64,000 nt of DNA from an uncultured cyanobacterium (GTDB lineage Bacteria; Cyanobacteriota; Cyanobacteriia; CAKZMO01): NCBI GenBank assembly GCA_963719515.1, contig CAVRCJ010000003.1:704001-768000 (forward strand). The letters are read 5' to 3'. The notes beneath the pieces were generated by a model. The model worked only from the letters and a program-made list of their open reading frames with translations, was not told the DNA's origin and did no database searches. Position 1 is the stretch's first letter. Each line of letters starts with the position of its first letter. The translations under genes and the position numbers were made by a program. This document shows positions 32,331 through 42,192 of the stretch, piece after piece.

Positions 32331-33101
32331 AGTGTGGAGTGAGACAACAGGGAAAATGTGGCGGCGGAGCCCTCGCGTTTGCGGGCGATCGCACATCATA
32401 CCTCTATGATACGCAGAGCTTTTTGGGGTGCAACGCCGATCGGAAAATTGACTGATCCGCTGGCTTAGAAGTGATCTATAAAGTGAGCGCTGCCCATAAC
32501 GTTGAGGGTCGTTGTCTGTCCCGTATAAAATGACACCTATGAAGATAGTGCAATCACTCTAGAAGCGTGAAGTAAGGATAAATAACTTATGAGGTTTGTA
32601 AAGACTGCTTAGAGTTTAAGACACTGTCCATATACCTAAGAAAAAAAGCGGTTATAACCGCAGTATATTCATGAATTTATTACTGTGCCACGCTGGCACT
32701 TTGCTTGAAAATTGGGTATGCATCGCTGCGAGACGCAGTTTCTGCGGTACAGGTGTCAATTTACAGCTTTTTCATATAAAGAGATGAACTTTATCTATTG
32801 AAAGGTTTAGCCTGTTCAAGAACAGTTCCCTAATCTTTTCTGAGCTCTCTAGTTAAACCAGCCTTTTTCAAAAATCGTATGTCAAGATAAGCATTTAGAC
32901 TGATGTCGATCCGAATTTACCGTTAATTTTCTATTGCTTAGGGTCACTCTTAAAAAGTAGATATGTAAATCAGCCCGCAAAATTGAAAATTTCGAAAAGT
33001 TATTAATTCTCTGAGCGTGCTTTGATCTGGAAACTCGACAATGGTTGAAGTTAGTTGACCCAAGCTGGAGGCAGTTTGGGCTTAGCTATGATTTCTGGAC
33101 T

Positions 33102-33197
33102 ACGGAGTGACTGTCTATCTCTACTCCAGTAGCCAATCTTCCATATCCAACGGAGTGACTGTGCATCTCTGCTCCAGTAGCCAATCTTCCATATCCA
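33102..33197. repeat. 48-bp tandem duplication (2 copies)
   Basis: ACGGAGTGACTGTCTATCTCTACTCCAGTAGCCAATCTTCCATATCCA repeated with 3 differences. Confidence 0.85.
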
Positions 33198-33547
33198 AAA
33201 CACTAGTGCGGCAGCAATTCAGCATGCTCACGCTATTGTTCAAATTGAGCAATAGCTTTTCCGAAGATATCTTTTCAAAGCAGCTTTAATTTATATTTCT
33301 TTATTTACGCCTCTGCGAAGTTGACGTCTTCTACATCTAGCCCGGTGCGTATTGTCCGAAACTAGAACTGTAGAAGCTTCCTCTTAATCAAGCCGCTCTC
33401 TAAAGAGTAAGTGGCCATAAATGAATAACGCTGTGTGGAGGTTGAATCCACCGACGATGACCTCCAGCCGCCTTGTCATAGCTGAAAATTTAGCCGCATA
33501 GAAGAGTCGATTGTCTAGCTTACCTACTGTTTAGAGAGTAAAATCCA

Positions 33548-34489
33548 ATGGAATCTGCCAGAGAGAAAGGGCTGATAACTTCACATATCAAGGCACTTCG
33601 CCCTAAGCAATGGACGAAAAACCTAGTTGTCTATGCAGCACCCCTGTTTGCGTTTCAGCTCAATGTGTCGACCCTAACCAGGGCGACGATTGCATTCGCG
33701 CTATTTTGTAGCCTGTCCAGCTGCTTTTACTTAATTAACGACATTTTAGATGTCGAGTCAGACCGACGGCATCCCACAAAACGCTACCGCCCTATCGCGT
33801 CTGGTGCCGTTACCGTTCCAGTCGCAATAGGTATGGCCGTAGTGCTCTCGGTGGGCAGTCTATCTATAGGAACGTTGCTCTCTCCCTATTTGGGAGTTGT
33901 GCTCGCCTCCTATGCGCTGCTTCAAATTGCCTACAACCTGAAGCTAAAGCACACGGTCATCCTGGACGTCATTGCGATCGCCACCGGGTTTATTTTTCGC
34001 GCCTGTGCCGGAGCCACGGCCTCCGGCGTCGCCCTATCCCCCTGGTTTATCCTGTGCGTTGCAATGCTAGCGCTGTTTTTGGGCATCGAAAAGCGCAAGG
34101 CCGAGCTGCGCATATCGGAGATCAAGGGAAGCACGTCGCGGAAAGTGCTGTACCGGTATTCCCATTCCCTCTTGGGCCGGATGGAGAGCAGCGTGACGAC
34201 CGGCGCTATCATGTCCTACGCTCTGTGGAGTTCCGGACCTGTGGTCCATGGCGCAAGCACGTCGTGGATGCTGCTGAGTCTGCCCTTTGTCCTCTACGGC
34301 ATCTTCCGCTATCAGCTACTCAGCGATCCTGAAGAATCGGCAAGGCGACAGCGCGACACGGGCAGAGGGGGATCCACTGAGCGTCCCGAAGAAGTTTTGT
34401 TGACGGACCGGCCTACGGCGCTAACGGTTTTGGCTTGGAGTCTAACCGTATTTACCGTCTTACTGCTAGAGGCAAAGGGTATTTTTTAA
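33548..34489 (+). CDS. Decaprenyl/undecaprenyl-phosphate 5-phosphoribosyltransferase (UbiA family)
   Basis: LRPKQWTKN, YLINDILDVESDRRHPTKRYRPIASG, LKH..ILD, KRKAE, YGIFRY. Confidence 0.88.
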   Translation: MESAREKGLITSHIKALRPKQWTKNLVVYAAPLFAFQLNVSTLTRATIAFALFCSLSSCFYLINDILDVESDRRHPTKRYRPIASGAVTVPVAIGMAVVLSVGSLSIGTLLSPYLGVVLASYALLQIAYNLKLKHTVILDVIAIATGFIFRACAGATASGVALSPWFILCVAMLALFLGIEKRKAELRISEIKGSTSRKVLYRYSHSLLGRMESSVTTGAIMSYALWSSGPVVHGASTSWMLLSLPFVLYGIFRYQLLSDPEESARRQRDTGRGGSTERPEEVLLTDRPTALTVLAWSLTVFTVLLLEAKGIF

Positions 34490-34545
34490 TATTGCTCAAT
34501 CGCCCGGGCCGTAATTTATCCAGATTGAAACTAACCGAGAACGCA

Positions 34546-35085
34546 ATGAGGATTTCATCAACACCATCATCCAGCCAGACTCACCCTTGCTTTCGGGTCC
34601 GGATGCACCGCGTTGCCGATATCGACATCGCGCGGCTAAAGGCTCAGGGTATTTTGGGTATTATCTTAGACCTGGACAACACCATTGTGTCGGAAGACGA
34701 CCAATACCTGTCTCCCCATGCCGAGGATTGGATAGAGTCGGCTCGTCAAGAAGGCTTCAAGCTTTTTCTACTCTCAAACGGCAAGCGAAAGCATCGCGTT
34801 GACTACTGGTCCCATCGACTCAACATGTCCGCGATTAGCCCAGCTCGGAAACCCCGCCCCGGCAGCTTTCGCCTGGCTCTTCGCAAGATGGGTTTGCGGC
34901 CACACCAGGTGGTGGTGGTGGGGGATAGCTTTCACACCGACGTCTGCGGAGCTCGAATCATCGGGAGCTCCTCTATTCAAATTTGTACGCTTCCTCATCC
35001 ACCGCGATGGTGGGAAAGCATAGCGGGGCGATGGCTACAGCAGCCCGACCCTGATCCTAAAAGTCTGTGGCGCTTCGAGTCCTAG
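34546..35085 (+). CDS. YqeG-family HAD IIIA phosphatase
   Basis: ILDLDNT motif I, LSN, ARKP, VVGDSFHTDV. Confidence 0.85.
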   Translation: MRISSTPSSSQTHPCFRVRMHRVADIDIARLKAQGILGIILDLDNTIVSEDDQYLSPHAEDWIESARQEGFKLFLLSNGKRKHRVDYWSHRLNMSAISPARKPRPGSFRLALRKMGLRPHQVVVVGDSFHTDVCGARIIGSSSIQICTLPHPPRWWESIAGRWLQQPDPDPKSLWRFES

Positions 35086-35162
35086 TTCGGACAGAAGTTT
35101 CCTTAAAGCCTGTGAATCCATAACTATCGATCGCTCAAGTCAACTGCTAGAGGTCTATCTCT

Positions 35163-35498
35163 ATGGCGTCGCAACTTCTATTCGGTGCACTGGTCGCTAC
35201 TACCGTCGGTCTCAATACACTAGCGCAGGTGCTTTTAAAGGCTGGGGCAGAACGCAACCCTTTAAATCCCTATTTGCTCGGAGGGGTGGTTGTCTATGGA
35301 CTCAGTACGCTGATCTACATCAGTGTCCTGAGCAAAGTCAACCTGTCTTTGGCCTATCCCCTGATTATCGGTCTCACCGTAGTCTTCACGACCTTGGCCG
35401 GTAGCCTTCTATTCAAGGAGCGCGTTGACCCCTCTAATTGGGTGGGCATCGGGCTCATGATCAGCGGCATCTGGGCGCTTACTTTAGGCAAAGGGTGA
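35163..35498 (+). CDS. SMR/DMT small 4-TM transporter (ArnE/F-like putative flippase)
   Basis: 111 aa, four hydrophobic helices, AQVLLK, NLSLAYP, LFKE. Confidence 0.75.
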   Translation: MASQLLFGALVATTVGLNTLAQVLLKAGAERNPLNPYLLGGVVVYGLSTLIYISVLSKVNLSLAYPLIIGLTVVFTTLAGSLLFKERVDPSNWVGIGLMISGIWALTLGKG

Positions 35499-35631
35499 GC
35501 CAGCCTCTGTCTTTGGCTCCTCAGCACCTTGGATCTCTCACTCTTTGATTTCTCACATCAGCGGACTCTTGCATCACCAGCACGCTCGCCTTACCTTGCA
35601 CACTCTTATACATCCTTTCAAGGACCGATCT

Positions 35632-36945
35632 ATGGAAAGATCAAGAATCCGCCACGCTGTTATCTCCCCGCAATATCTGTGGGTAGCCGGGATTGCGATC
35701 GCTGTACGAGTTATTTGGGCAATCCTGGTCCCAGTCGTACCGGTGTCCGACAGCGCAGCTTACGACACATTTGCCCAAAACCTTGCGTTTTGTCAAAACT
35801 ATGGCTGGAACTGCACTGACCCTAGCGCTTACTGGCCTGTAGGAACCTCCTTTGCGTACTCGGTCCTATATCGCATTTTCGGGCATACCTACGAACCCGT
35901 GGTTTTTTTCAACATTATTGTTGGCGTCACCATCGTGGTGCTGAGCCAATATCTTGCTGAGCGCTGGTTTGGCGCAAAAGCAGGCATCATTGCGGGGTTA
36001 ATGCTGGCGCTGTGGGCTTGTCAGGTTCAGTTTACGACCACAGTCAACAGCGAGCTGTTATTTACGGCGCTATGGCTGGGGGCGTTAACCCTGTGGTGCC
36101 ATACGACAATCCCCTTTTTGCTGCGGACTGTCGGCACAGGCGTAATCCTTGCAGGAGCTTGCTACGTCAAGCCCGTGGCGCTGCTGATTCCGTTCTTGAT
36201 GATGCTAGTCAACTACGTGAGAGTTCGAGAGGTTTGGAAGAACCTGGCTGCAACCGCAATCATGATGGTGACAATCGGCTTGCTCATTGCCCCCTGGTCA
36301 ATGCGAAATACCCAGGCGTTTGGCCATTTTGTGCTGATCTCGACCAACGGCGGGGCGAATCTTTGGATGGGCAACAACCCCGAGTCTCAGGGAGGCTACA
36401 TGCCCCTGCCGCCCGATATTGAGCAGATGAACGAAGCCCTCCGCGATGACCACTTAAAGTCCCTGGCGATCGCTCACATCAAGGACCGCCCTGTGCTGTT
36501 CGTCAAGCGGTTAGGAAAACGTCTAATCGATACTCACGCCCGAGAAACCATCGGCGTGAGCTGGAACGAAACGCAAATCGTCGAGCGCTATGGGAAAACG
36601 GTCCTGCTGCTGATAAAGCTAACCACCCAGGTTTATTGGCTGGTGATGCTGGGGCTAGGGTTAGTTGGCGCAGTAATGCTCATTCGACAACAGGGTTGGC
36701 TTTTCGCGCTGTTTCATCCCACCATTTTGTTCTGGGGATACTTTGCCGCGATTCACGCGGTGATCGTATCGGGCGATCGCTACCACTTGCCCAGCGTTCC
36801 CATGATTGGAGTGCTCGCGGTGCTGCCGGTGGTGGCGTTATGGGAGCGATTCGAGTCTGAGCCTAACCGGCGTTCGGCTCAAACTTCGGCCCAGACCGTA
36901 AACTCATCTTCAAACGAAAATTCGGAACGAAGACTGCGAATTTAA
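35632..36945 (+). CDS. GT-C fold membrane glycosyltransferase (ArnT/PMT-like)
   Basis: Multi-TM; acidic loop SDSAAY after TM1; AYWPVG, SELLF, PWSMRN...STNGGANLWMGNNP, DRYHLP. Confidence 0.75.
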   Translation: MERSRIRHAVISPQYLWVAGIAIAVRVIWAILVPVVPVSDSAAYDTFAQNLAFCQNYGWNCTDPSAYWPVGTSFAYSVLYRIFGHTYEPVVFFNIIVGVTIVVLSQYLAERWFGAKAGIIAGLMLALWACQVQFTTTVNSELLFTALWLGALTLWCHTTIPFLLRTVGTGVILAGACYVKPVALLIPFLMMLVNYVRVREVWKNLAATAIMMVTIGLLIAPWSMRNTQAFGHFVLISTNGGANLWMGNNPESQGGYMPLPPDIEQMNEALRDDHLKSLAIAHIKDRPVLFVKRLGKRLIDTHARETIGVSWNETQIVERYGKTVLLLIKLTTQVYWLVMLGLGLVGAVMLIRQQGWLFALFHPTILFWGYFAAIHAVIVSGDRYHLPSVPMIGVLAVLPVVALWERFESEPNRRSAQTSAQTVNSSSNENSERRLRI

Positions 36946-37014
36946 GGGCATTCTGCCGCCAGCGCAGGTGTCTCGGGGTGCAGTCAAATATTATATTTCA
37001 CAAGAGGTTTCAGC

Positions 37015-38010
37015 ATGACGGTTTCTACGGCTCCTCGCCTTTCCTCACAAGCTCCGCCCCTCGTTTCAAGCCGGCGGTTTCGTATCTTCTCTGGCTCTGC
37101 GAATATCGATTTGGCCAGCGATGTTGCCCGCTACCTCGGGCTCGACCTCAATTCCATCACCCGCAAGCGATTTGCCGATAACGAGATCTACGTTCAAATC
37201 GAGGAGTCTATACGAGGGTGCGACGTCTATCTGGTGCAGCCGACCTGCGCGCCCGTCAACGACTACCTGATGGAGCTGATGATCATGATCGATGCGTGCC
37301 GCCGCGCATCGGCGCGACAAATTACGGCGGTGATTCCCTACTACGGCTACTCTAGGTCAGACCGCAAAACCGCCAATCGTGAGTCTATCGCCGCGAAGCT
37401 CGCCGCCAACTTGATCACAAAGGCCGGGGCAGACCGCATCTTGGCTATGGACCTGCATTCGACTCAAATTCAGGGCTATTTTGATATTCCGATTGATCAC
37501 GTCCATGGGTCTCCCGTGCTGTTAGAGTACTTGCTCAACAAGCAGATTCCTAACGCCGTAGTGGTTTCCCCCGACATCGGCGGCGTCGCCCGCGCCCGCG
37601 CCTTTGCCAAGAAGCTCAACGACGCGCCGCTGGCCATCATTGACAAGCGGCGGCAGGCCCATAACGTTGCGGAAGCCATGAACGTAATTGGCGATGTCGC
37701 CGGGAAAGTGGCGATTGTGATCGACGACATGATTGACACGGCGGGAACGATTACCGAATGCGCGAAAGCCCTGCGGCGCGAGGGTGCGCTTCAGGTCTAC
37801 GCCTGCGCAACCCACGCAGTGCTCTCCGCCCCCGCAACCGAAAGGCTCTCTAACGGTCCGTTTGAAGAGGTTATTGTCACTAACACTATCCCTGTCTCAG
37901 AGGCCCAAAGGTTTCCGCAGCTGACCATTTTGTCTGTGGCAGACCTCCTTGGGGAAGCGATCTGTCGCGTCCACGAAGAGAATTCCCTGAGCAGCATGCT
38001 GGACGAGTAG
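37015..38010 (+). CDS. prs: Ribose-phosphate pyrophosphokinase
   Basis: FADNEIYV, IPYYGYSRSDRK, MDLH, VVSPDIGG, IDDMIDTAGT. Confidence 0.95.
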   Translation: MTVSTAPRLSSQAPPLVSSRRFRIFSGSANIDLASDVARYLGLDLNSITRKRFADNEIYVQIEESIRGCDVYLVQPTCAPVNDYLMELMIMIDACRRASARQITAVIPYYGYSRSDRKTANRESIAAKLAANLITKAGADRILAMDLHSTQIQGYFDIPIDHVHGSPVLLEYLLNKQIPNAVVVSPDIGGVARARAFAKKLNDAPLAIIDKRRQAHNVAEAMNVIGDVAGKVAIVIDDMIDTAGTITECAKALRREGALQVYACATHAVLSAPATERLSNGPFEEVIVTNTIPVSEAQRFPQLTILSVADLLGEAICRVHEENSLSSMLDE

Positions 38011-38063
38011 CCGAGTTTGCTCCTCAAGCCCAGTACATAATTTCAGCACCGTTACTATCGAAC

Positions 38064-38093
38064 CCAGAGGTCTTACGAGGCCTCTGGTTTTTT
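38064..38093 (+). terminator. Rho-independent terminator closing the ubiA-prs cluster
   Basis: CCAGAGGTCT-TACG-AGGCCTCTGG plus TTTTTT. Confidence 0.8.
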
Positions 38094-38112
38094 AAATAGG
38101 GAGCTTTCGAAG

Positions 38113-38147
38113 AAAAAACGTGCCCCAGCCCTGAAGCGGGAGCACGT
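38113..38147 (-). terminator. Rho-independent terminator of putA
   Basis: Minus strand ACGTGCTCC...GGGGCACGT plus TTTTT. Confidence 0.7.
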
Positions 38148-38273
38148 AAGGTATAGAACCAAGCCTTCTATTGTTAGTACGCTGATCAGATGCGTTTGGA
38201 TCCACCAGTTTGGAAAAAAGAATCTGAACTGCGATCGCTTCCTCGCAGTAGGCCATCTCCCTAGCCTCATGTA

Positions 38274-41200
38274 CTAGTCTACGCCCTCAATCGGCGCAAA
38301 GCCCTGCCGCTGCACGTTCTCCGTCACCATGCGCGGCTCTAAGAACTGCAGCAGGTAGTCCGGCCCCCCCGCCTTAGAGCCCACCCCCGACAGCTTAAAG
38401 CCGCCGAAGGGCTGCCGCGCCACGATCGCCCCCGTGATGGAGCGGTTGATGTAGAGGTTGCCTACCTCGAAGTTTTGCCCGGCTCGCTCAATGTGAGAGG
38501 GGGTGCGGGAGTAGAGTCCGCCCGTGAGGGCGTAGTCGGTGCTGTTGGCAATGGCGATCGCCTCATCGAAGTTTTGGGCGCGAATCACCGAGAGCACCGG
38601 ACCGAAGATTTCTTCCTGGGCCACGACGGCGTCGGCAGCCACATCGGTAAAGATTACCGGACCCACGTAGTACCCTTCTGCCGGCGCGGCGCACTCCAGG
38701 GCTACCGTAGCCTCCTGCTTGCCGGTTTCGATGTATTCTTTGATGCGCTTCTGGGCGGCAGCGTCAATCACGGGTCCAACGGAGGTGCCCGGATCTGTGG
38801 CGTCCCCGACGTTGAGCGATCGCCCTGCCTCCACCAGCCGCTCCACAAAAGTGTCGTAGATGGGATCCAAGACGATGACGCGGGAGCAGGCCGAGCACTT
38901 CTGGCCGCTGTAGCCAAAGGCGGAGTAGACCACGCCCTGCACGGCCTGATCTAGGTCCGCGCTCTCATCCACAATGATGGCGTTCTTGCCCCCCATCTCG
39001 GCTACCACCCGCTTTAGGTGCTTTTGACCGGGCTGCAGCACGGCGGCGCTGGCATAGATCTGGCAGCCCACTTCGCGGGAGCCGGTAAATACAATCATGT
39101 GGACGTCGGGCGAGCTGACCAGATGCGCGCCGACGGTGGAGCCTTTGCCGGGCACATACTGGAACACGCCTGAGGGAATGCCTGCCTCTACCAAAATTTC
39201 CGTCAGCTTAGCGGCAATCACCGTTGTGGTCTCGGCAGGCTTCAGCAAGACGCAGTTGCCCGTCACCAGCGCCGCCACCGTCATGCCGGTGGGAATAGCC
39301 AGCGGGAAGTTCCAGGGGGAGATGACCACCACTAGGCCCCGGGGCTCGTAGCGATAGCGGTCTGTCTCCCCGGCCACGTCGTAGCTATAGCCTGTATCCA
39401 GACGCTCCATCTCGTCGGCGTAGTAGCGGCAAAAGTCGATGGCCTCTGACACCTCGGCGTCCGCCTGATGCAGGGGCTTGCCCCCCTCCACGACCATCCA
39501 GGCCGACAGCTCCGCCCGCCGGGCGTCCAGCCCCTCGCCTGCCTTTCGCAGGATGGCAGCTCGCTCGCTGGCCGGGGTGCGCCGCCAGCCCTCGAAAGCG
39601 GCCTTGGCAGCGGCGATCGCCTGGTCCGCCTGCTCCACGCTGATCAGCCCCACGGTGCCCACCACTTCATCGGGATGGCAGGGGTTGACGGAGTTGACGG
39701 AGCTGACGGTCTCGACGCGATCGCCGCCGACGAGGGGCCTGTAGGTTTGGCCGAGCTGCTGGCGCACGGTGGCCATGGCGCGGGCGGCCTCCTGTCGGAC
39801 AGCCTCTTCCGAGTAGTCGGTGTCGGGGGCGTTCTCAATTAGCGTATAGGGTGCGGAACGCGTTGCGGTATCATCCCCCGACTCATCGCCCGTTACAGGG
39901 GGCGCTAGCAGGTCGTCTACGGGCCGATTCTCCAGGCTCTGCCGCAAAAACGAGCTGTTGGCCGTATTTTCCAGCAGGCGACGAATTAGGTAGGCCATGC
40001 CGGGAATCAGGTCGCCGTAGGGGCAGTAGACCCGCACCCGGCAACCCTGAGCCACCAGCGCTCTGGCCAGCTTGTCCCCCATGCCGTAAAGCACCTGTAG
40101 CTCAAAGGCGCGGCTTGGAATATCCAGGGCGCGGGCGATCGCGATGGCGTGGGCCTGGGAGCGAACGTTGTGGCTGCCGATGGCGGCGTAGAGATGCTCG
40201 TGGTTTTCCAGCAGCCGCTGGGTCATGCGCTCGAAGTTGGCGTCGGTAGAGGACTTGTGGCGGTAGACGGGCTGGGGCCAGTGGTTCTGCCGGGCAGTGA
40301 TAGTCTCTTGGTCCCAGTAGGCTCCCTTCACCAGCCGCACGGTGATCGGATTCCCCCGCCCCTTGGCCCACTCAATCAGCTCCTGCAGATCTTCATCGCT
40401 GTCCCGTAGGTAGGCCTGCAGCGTCACCCCCACGTCGGTGCGATCGCGAAACTCCTCTTCCATCAGCAGGTCTTTGAGAATCGCCAGGGTGATGGCTTTG
40501 TACTCATACTGCTCCATGTCGAAATGCACCGCCGCCCCCAGTTCTTTGGCGCGGCGCAGCAGGGTGCGGGCGCGATCGCGCACCACGGCTTCGCTGCCCT
40601 TGGCGTCTAGCGGGTCGAACTGGGAGTAAAAGGCGGTGAGCTTTACCGACACCTGCACCTTGGGCAGCGCCCCACCCGCCTGGTCGATTTGCGGCACGGT
40701 TCCCCAGCGGCGGGAGGCCTCCACCAGCTGCTCCATCAGCTCTAGGTAGCGGTTGAGGTAGGACTGAGCTTCGGTTTCGGTAATCACCGCCTCACCAAGC
40801 AGGTCCACGGTGAAGGCCATCTTTTGCTTGCGCAGCTGCTCGATGGATTTGAGGGCCTGCTTCAGGGTCTCGCCGGAAATGTATTTGCGGGCTAGGGTTT
40901 CTACGGCAGTAGACACGGTGGTCGCCGCCACCTGCCCCGGCATAGAGTCGGGGCTGGCAAAATTGAGCAGGCCTTTGAGGGCGCTGGGCAGCTCCACAGC
41001 GGGGTCGCCCAAATACTCCTGCATGTGGCGGGCCACTTCTGCTTTACTCTTGAGGGCGGGTAAGCAGTCGATGAAGCGAAACATCTGCACCCGCAGCCCC
41101 GGATTGCCCATGGTCCAGTCCAGAAGCTTGTCGTCCCAGCGCATTTGGTCGCGCACCTGGCTGAGCAGCGATCGCTTTTCCTGAGTCGCCGATAGCAGTT

Positions 41201-41282
41201 CGCGGGCGATCGCCTGGGTCTCATTTTCGTACTCTAGCCCGGTCTGACGCTGATCGGATACAACCACGGGGTGCCACCTCAT
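38274..41282 (-). CDS. putA: Bifunctional proline dehydrogenase / P5C dehydrogenase (likely start GTG 41267)
   Basis: DLLGE, RLVKGAYWD, YLIRRLLEN; ALDH PWNFP, FTGS, EMGGKN, GQKCSA, EEIFGP. Confidence 0.93.
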   Translation of the reverse strand: MRWHPVVVSDQRQTGLEYENETQAIARELLSATQEKRSLLSQVRDQMRWDDKLLDWTMGNPGLRVQMFRFIDCLPALKSKAEVARHMQEYLGDPAVELPSALKGLLNFASPDSMPGQVAATTVSTAVETLARKYISGETLKQALKSIEQLRKQKMAFTVDLLGEAVITETEAQSYLNRYLELMEQLVEASRRWGTVPQIDQAGGALPKVQVSVKLTAFYSQFDPLDAKGSEAVVRDRARTLLRRAKELGAAVHFDMEQYEYKAITLAILKDLLMEEEFRDRTDVGVTLQAYLRDSDEDLQELIEWAKGRGNPITVRLVKGAYWDQETITARQNHWPQPVYRHKSSTDANFERMTQRLLENHEHLYAAIGSHNVRSQAHAIAIARALDIPSRAFELQVLYGMGDKLARALVAQGCRVRVYCPYGDLIPGMAYLIRRLLENTANSSFLRQSLENRPVDDLLAPPVTGDESGDDTATRSAPYTLIENAPDTDYSEEAVRQEAARAMATVRQQLGQTYRPLVGGDRVETVSSVNSVNPCHPDEVVGTVGLISVEQADQAIAAAKAAFEGWRRTPASERAAILRKAGEGLDARRAELSAWMVVEGGKPLHQADAEVSEAIDFCRYYADEMERLDTGYSYDVAGETDRYRYEPRGLVVVISPWNFPLAIPTGMTVAALVTGNCVLLKPAETTTVIAAKLTEILVEAGIPSGVFQYVPGKGSTVGAHLVSSPDVHMIVFTGSREVGCQIYASAAVLQPGQKHLKRVVAEMGGKNAIIVDESADLDQAVQGVVYSAFGYSGQKCSACSRVIVLDPIYDTFVERLVEAGRSLNVGDATDPGTSVGPVIDAAAQKRIKEYIETGKQEATVALECAAPAEGYYVGPVIFTDVAADAVVAQEEIFGPVLSVIRAQNFDEAIAIANSTDYALTGGLYSRTPSHIERAGQNFEVGNLYINRSITGAIVARQPFGGFKLSGVGSKAGGPDYLLQFLEPRMVTENVQRQGFAPIEGVD

Positions 41283-41390
41283 TAGAGAATATGGCAGGCG
41301 CTAGGCTTGCCAAAAATATATTCTAGGGTATCTGGAGAGCGATAAATCGAGAGATATTTAGGCTTCACGTAACTTCGCGATCGCAGCTCA

Positions 41391-41453
41391 CCCATAGTCC
41401 GTCGCCCATAGTCCGTCGCCCATAATCCCTCGCCCATAATCCCTCGCTATAAT
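41391..41453. repeat. 14-bp tandem repeat (4 copies plus a partial)
   Basis: CCCATAGTCCGTCG x2, CCCATAATCCCTCG x2, then CTATAAT. Confidence 0.9.
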
Positions 41454-41498
41454 GCAGAGTATCGATAGCGGTACGGCTAAGCCCTCCTTCTGACTGTT

Positions 41499-41948
41499 AT
41501 GCAGAATCCTCCTTCGCTACAGGGCTGTCTGCAGAGCGTCCACCACGTCGCCCTCCACGTCAAGGATATGGCGGCGTCCTGCCGGTTCTACGGCGAGGTG
41601 CTGGGGCTGCATAAGCTCACCGGGGATGAGGTGCCAAAGACTTTGGTGAAGGCGGTCGCGGCAGGAGAGGTGACCAACTTCCGCCTGCCGGACGGCACGA
41701 TTTTGGATCTGTTTTGGAAGCCGGAGCTAGCGCCGCCTAACCCTGACCCAGCCCAGGAATTCACCCGTGCGGGGCATCTGGCTTTTGGCATTGCCCCTGA
41801 GGCGTTTGAGCAGGCGATCGCCGTTTTGCACCACCACAAGGTGCCCATCGACCACGGGCCGGTGAGCCGGCCAACGGGGCGGGGCATCTATTTCTATGAC
41901 CCCGATGGTTTTCTGCTAGAAATCCGCTGCGACCCACTGCCGTCGTGA
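41499..41948 (+). CDS. VOC/glyoxalase family protein
   Basis: VHHVALHV, HLAF, YFYDPDG.LLEI. Confidence 0.88.
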   Translation: MQNPPSLQGCLQSVHHVALHVKDMAASCRFYGEVLGLHKLTGDEVPKTLVKAVAAGEVTNFRLPDGTILDLFWKPELAPPNPDPAQEFTRAGHLAFGIAPEAFEQAIAVLHHHKVPIDHGPVSRPTGRGIYFYDPDGFLLEIRCDPLPS

Positions 41949-42192
41949 GCCAAAAGCCTCTTGGTAATTGCCGATAGCAATGTCCTCAGAAAAATATCCG
42001 GCGACAGATCAGCGGTTTTTGCCTCTATGTAAATAGGGGCACAAGGATGAGAGGATATGTTCAAGCGTTGAGGTGAGCGCTTAACCGCTTTAATATACCC
42101 GCAGCTAATGTCAGCTTGAATACGACGGTAAGCGGCGATCGCGATTACCATCTCACCACGACACACCGTACACATCACTCTAGGAGGACAGG

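Noticed and set aside
33102..33197. Possible CRISPR mini-array
   Set aside because: Two abutting 48-bp copies with no unique spacer and no cas genes; a simple tandem duplication.
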